In this document: piece by piece, positions 61,676 to 64,000 of the stretch
Numbering within the stretch: position 1 is the first letter of the stretch
Layout of the letters: every line of letters starts with the position of its first letter
Made by a program: the position numbers and the translations under genes
DNA from: Centroscyllium fabricii
Taxonomy: Eukaryota
Direction: 5' to 3'
DNA: 64,000 nucleotides
Assembly: GCA_051313645.2 (NCBI GenBank)
Contig: JBNRSN020000031.1
Coordinates: forward strand, 18,662,001 to 18,726,000
Notes under the pieces: generated by a model
What the model was told of the DNA's origin: nothing
The model's database searches: none
Seen by the model: only the letters and a program-made list of their open reading frames with translations

Positions 61676-61805
61676 CAATCTGTTCTCTCTAGGCTGCGCA
61701 GCGCTCCAGGGAACCCCCGCGCAGCCGGCTTTCCGGTACAAAAACCGTGCGTGCGCGGTAGGTTGAATGGCCCGCACAGCCGGAACATAATTCAAGCGAA
61801 CATTG
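61676..61805. mobile_element. Small hAT-like MITE inside a family B fragment (61610-61870, - strand)
   Basis: Imperfect TIR CAAT(CT)GTTC / GAACATTG; flanks CTCAGCAG / CTCAGCAC (7 of 8 match). Confidence 0.5.
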
Positions 61806-62087
61806 CTCAGCACGTGAAGGCAGCATCTGTGGAGAGAGAAACACTGTTCACGTTTTAGGTTGTTGACCTTTGGTGATGGGGATAAATAACTTCAGAACAG
61901 AAGAAAAAATGGGCATCATATCCAACACGTCTCCATCTCGCGCTCTCTTTGTCCTCTCTCGCACAGTAATATTTGAGTTGCCATAAAGTTACACGGCTGT
62001 TTTATGATTTTTAAATTCTTCTTCCTTCCCCTGCTCCTTCACAGAACAGCAAAGTCAATGACGTAGCTCTCCTGCAAGCATCTTATT

Positions 62088-62827
62088 GGCCCAAAAAGTA
62101 GCCCCGGAGCCTTGCTGCGGGTGCAAGCTTCAAACCTACACTTACTTGTCCTCTTCTAAGATGTGAAATCCCGATTCTCTGGCCGACTCCAAGCTTCAGG
62201 CGCCGTGCTGAGGCAACTCAGTGGCGTAGTTAGTGGGAGATCTCGCGCGGGACCACGTGATCTGCAGGGAGCCAATGAATGGAAGCAATCCTCCATTCAT
62301 AACTTACATGGAGAAATCTATATAATTTATGAAAAGGAAGAGCTTCAAAAACACATCTAAACACAAAAATAAAATTAAAAAAACACCACATTTTTAAACA
62401 ATAATCTAACTAACATAAATTACCTATTTTAAAGAAAAAATGTAAATTTAGAAAAAAAATAATCTAACTGGCCTAAAAAAATACGTAACTGTCTTTAAAG
62501 TTTAAAAAAAAGTAAAAACCTGTGGAAAAAAAACTTAAATTCTATAAAATAAAACACTTGCCTGATTTAAAAAAGGGGTTGTTACGGCTGATATTTTTCA
62601 GCATAAAATCTTCAATACTTACCCCGATAAAAAAAACTGGGAAAAAATTGGAATTCCACTGCGCACATCCTGGTACGCAGACCAATGCGCTTCAGCTCGC
62701 GATCCCCCGCTGGCCGTCATCGGAATTGCAGGCAGCAGCGGGAAATGGCTGCTACCTGCAATTCGGAGCCCGCGTGCGTGAGTACCCGGCTCCTGGAACG
62801 GCCCACGGTCACCTTAATTTTTGGGCC
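62088..62827. mobile_element. PIF/Harbinger-like MITE related to 29272-30033
   Basis: GGCCCAAAAA/TTTTTGGGCC ends, TSD ATT, same GC-AT-GC architecture, shared AAAACCTGTGGAAA and GTGAGTACCC. Confidence 0.68.
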
Positions 62828-63599
62828 ATTATCTTTATCTCTCATTCGCTCTCTCTATTTACACAGTGAAGGAGAGGTGCCCTGGAATGCCAATTAACTA
62901 AGGAGAAACTCATATTCACTGCACCTAAAAATGCTTATTTAGTCTCAGTAAAAATATCGCTGTTAATCCTGTGTGCACGAGAAACTGGATTCTGATCCCT
63001 TTCACAATCAGTGCATTGGGAGCATAGATTTCCTCTCATTCTTGTTTATTTTTCTGTCGAGCTCGATGAATGGTTTTCTCCTCTTGGTTGCTTTTATGCA
63101 TGATCATAACAGCAACCACCAGTGCTTGCTGGGCTTGTGCCTGTATACATTCTGCACTTAAAAGAAACATTTCTCTTTGGTGTAGAAATATTTTGATCAG
63201 GCTTTTAGCATTGAGATGGGACTTTCATTAGGCGTAGCTTTTTTTTAAACGTGATCAGCCTGCATGCACCTTTACTTGTGCATAAATTGCAACCATTAGT
63301 CCCGATACTTTCTTTGGCCGTTCTTTCCTCATTGATCGTTGCACCGTACCCGGTCCCAAGGATTTGGGGTAGAGAATGTTTGCAAACCTCCGCCAACGCT
63401 ACCTAGCAATAGAAGACAAATTGTTTTGATTTTCCCTCGTTGCCGACACTGCAGTGGTTAGCCTTCCTCTTGGTGTCTCCTTTCAGTGGATCGACACAAT
63501 CTCAATACTCAGCAGGTGCCGATGTGGTGAGCTTTGAGACTGCATCAGATTTTGCATAGTGGGGGAGAAAACTGGTTTGTGACTGGGATTGCCTCAGAT

Positions 63600-63851
63600 T
63601 CATCAGGTGCAGTGGATGGTATGAGGGAAGGTATACAACGTCGAACTGGAGAGCCGGAGCATCAGCGAACCCACAATTGATGGCGCCGGAGAATGGCTTG
63701 ACGTCTTGTGGGTTTCGCGCGTGCTGTGTATCTCTATGTTCTTTTGTTGCGCGGTTTGATGTACAGCACGTGTGTAAATAGCAGTAAGCATTTCACTGTT
63801 TGAATTTTCTGTTCAATTCATGTGACAATAAAAATTTTACTTACTTACTTA
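63600..63851 (+). mobile_element. Probable LINE 3' end (Rex1-like tail)
   Basis: GTGACAATAAA followed by a (TTAC)n tail. Confidence 0.45.
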
Positions 63852-64000
63852 AACAATCACTTGTACGTAAAGGAAAATCGAGAGGTAAAAATCACCACCT
63901 TGCACACCTCCCAGTGGTTTGTTTCAAAAGGCCCGGACGGAGCATTTGCCTGCCTTTGGTTCCAGTGAATGCAAACTAGCAATGTGAGCATTTATTTTAA

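Noticed and set aside
58071-64000. Searched for the next PUM1 exon (DQYGNYVIQHVLEH...) and further snoRNAs
   Set aside because: None found; the gene continues beyond the window.

Overview
Eukaryotic genomic DNA, most likely from a shark or other cartilaginous fish (inferred from HE1-type V-SINEs, HER1/CR1 LINEs and Deu-type SINEs). The whole window lies inside the Pumilio homolog 1 (PUM1) gene on the + strand. I traced 16 consecutive internal coding exons (10115-58070; 2709 nt, 903 codons, phases consistent throughout). They cover the N-terminal/low-complexity region and PUF repeats 1-5 plus the start of repeat 6. The first and last exons lie outside the window. The introns host four intact C/D-box snoRNAs of the SNORD103/SNORD85 family and a probable decayed fifth copy. 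The introns are dense in transposons: CR1/HER1, RTE, Rex1 and L2 LINEs, SINEs, a solo LTR, hAT and Harbinger-like MITEs. Two families stand out: about 16 TA-flanked Tigger-like MITEs, most with interiors built from NRF1-like and YY1-like motifs, and Penelope-like hairpin inserts carrying minimal hammerhead-ribozyme cores. Splicing oddities include a GC-AG intron, stacked in-frame acceptors with a possible recursive splice site, and absence of the tandem donor known from human PUM1. Exon numbers follow human PUM1 from memory. Repeat family names come from recall, not a database search, and many repeat boundaries are approximate.
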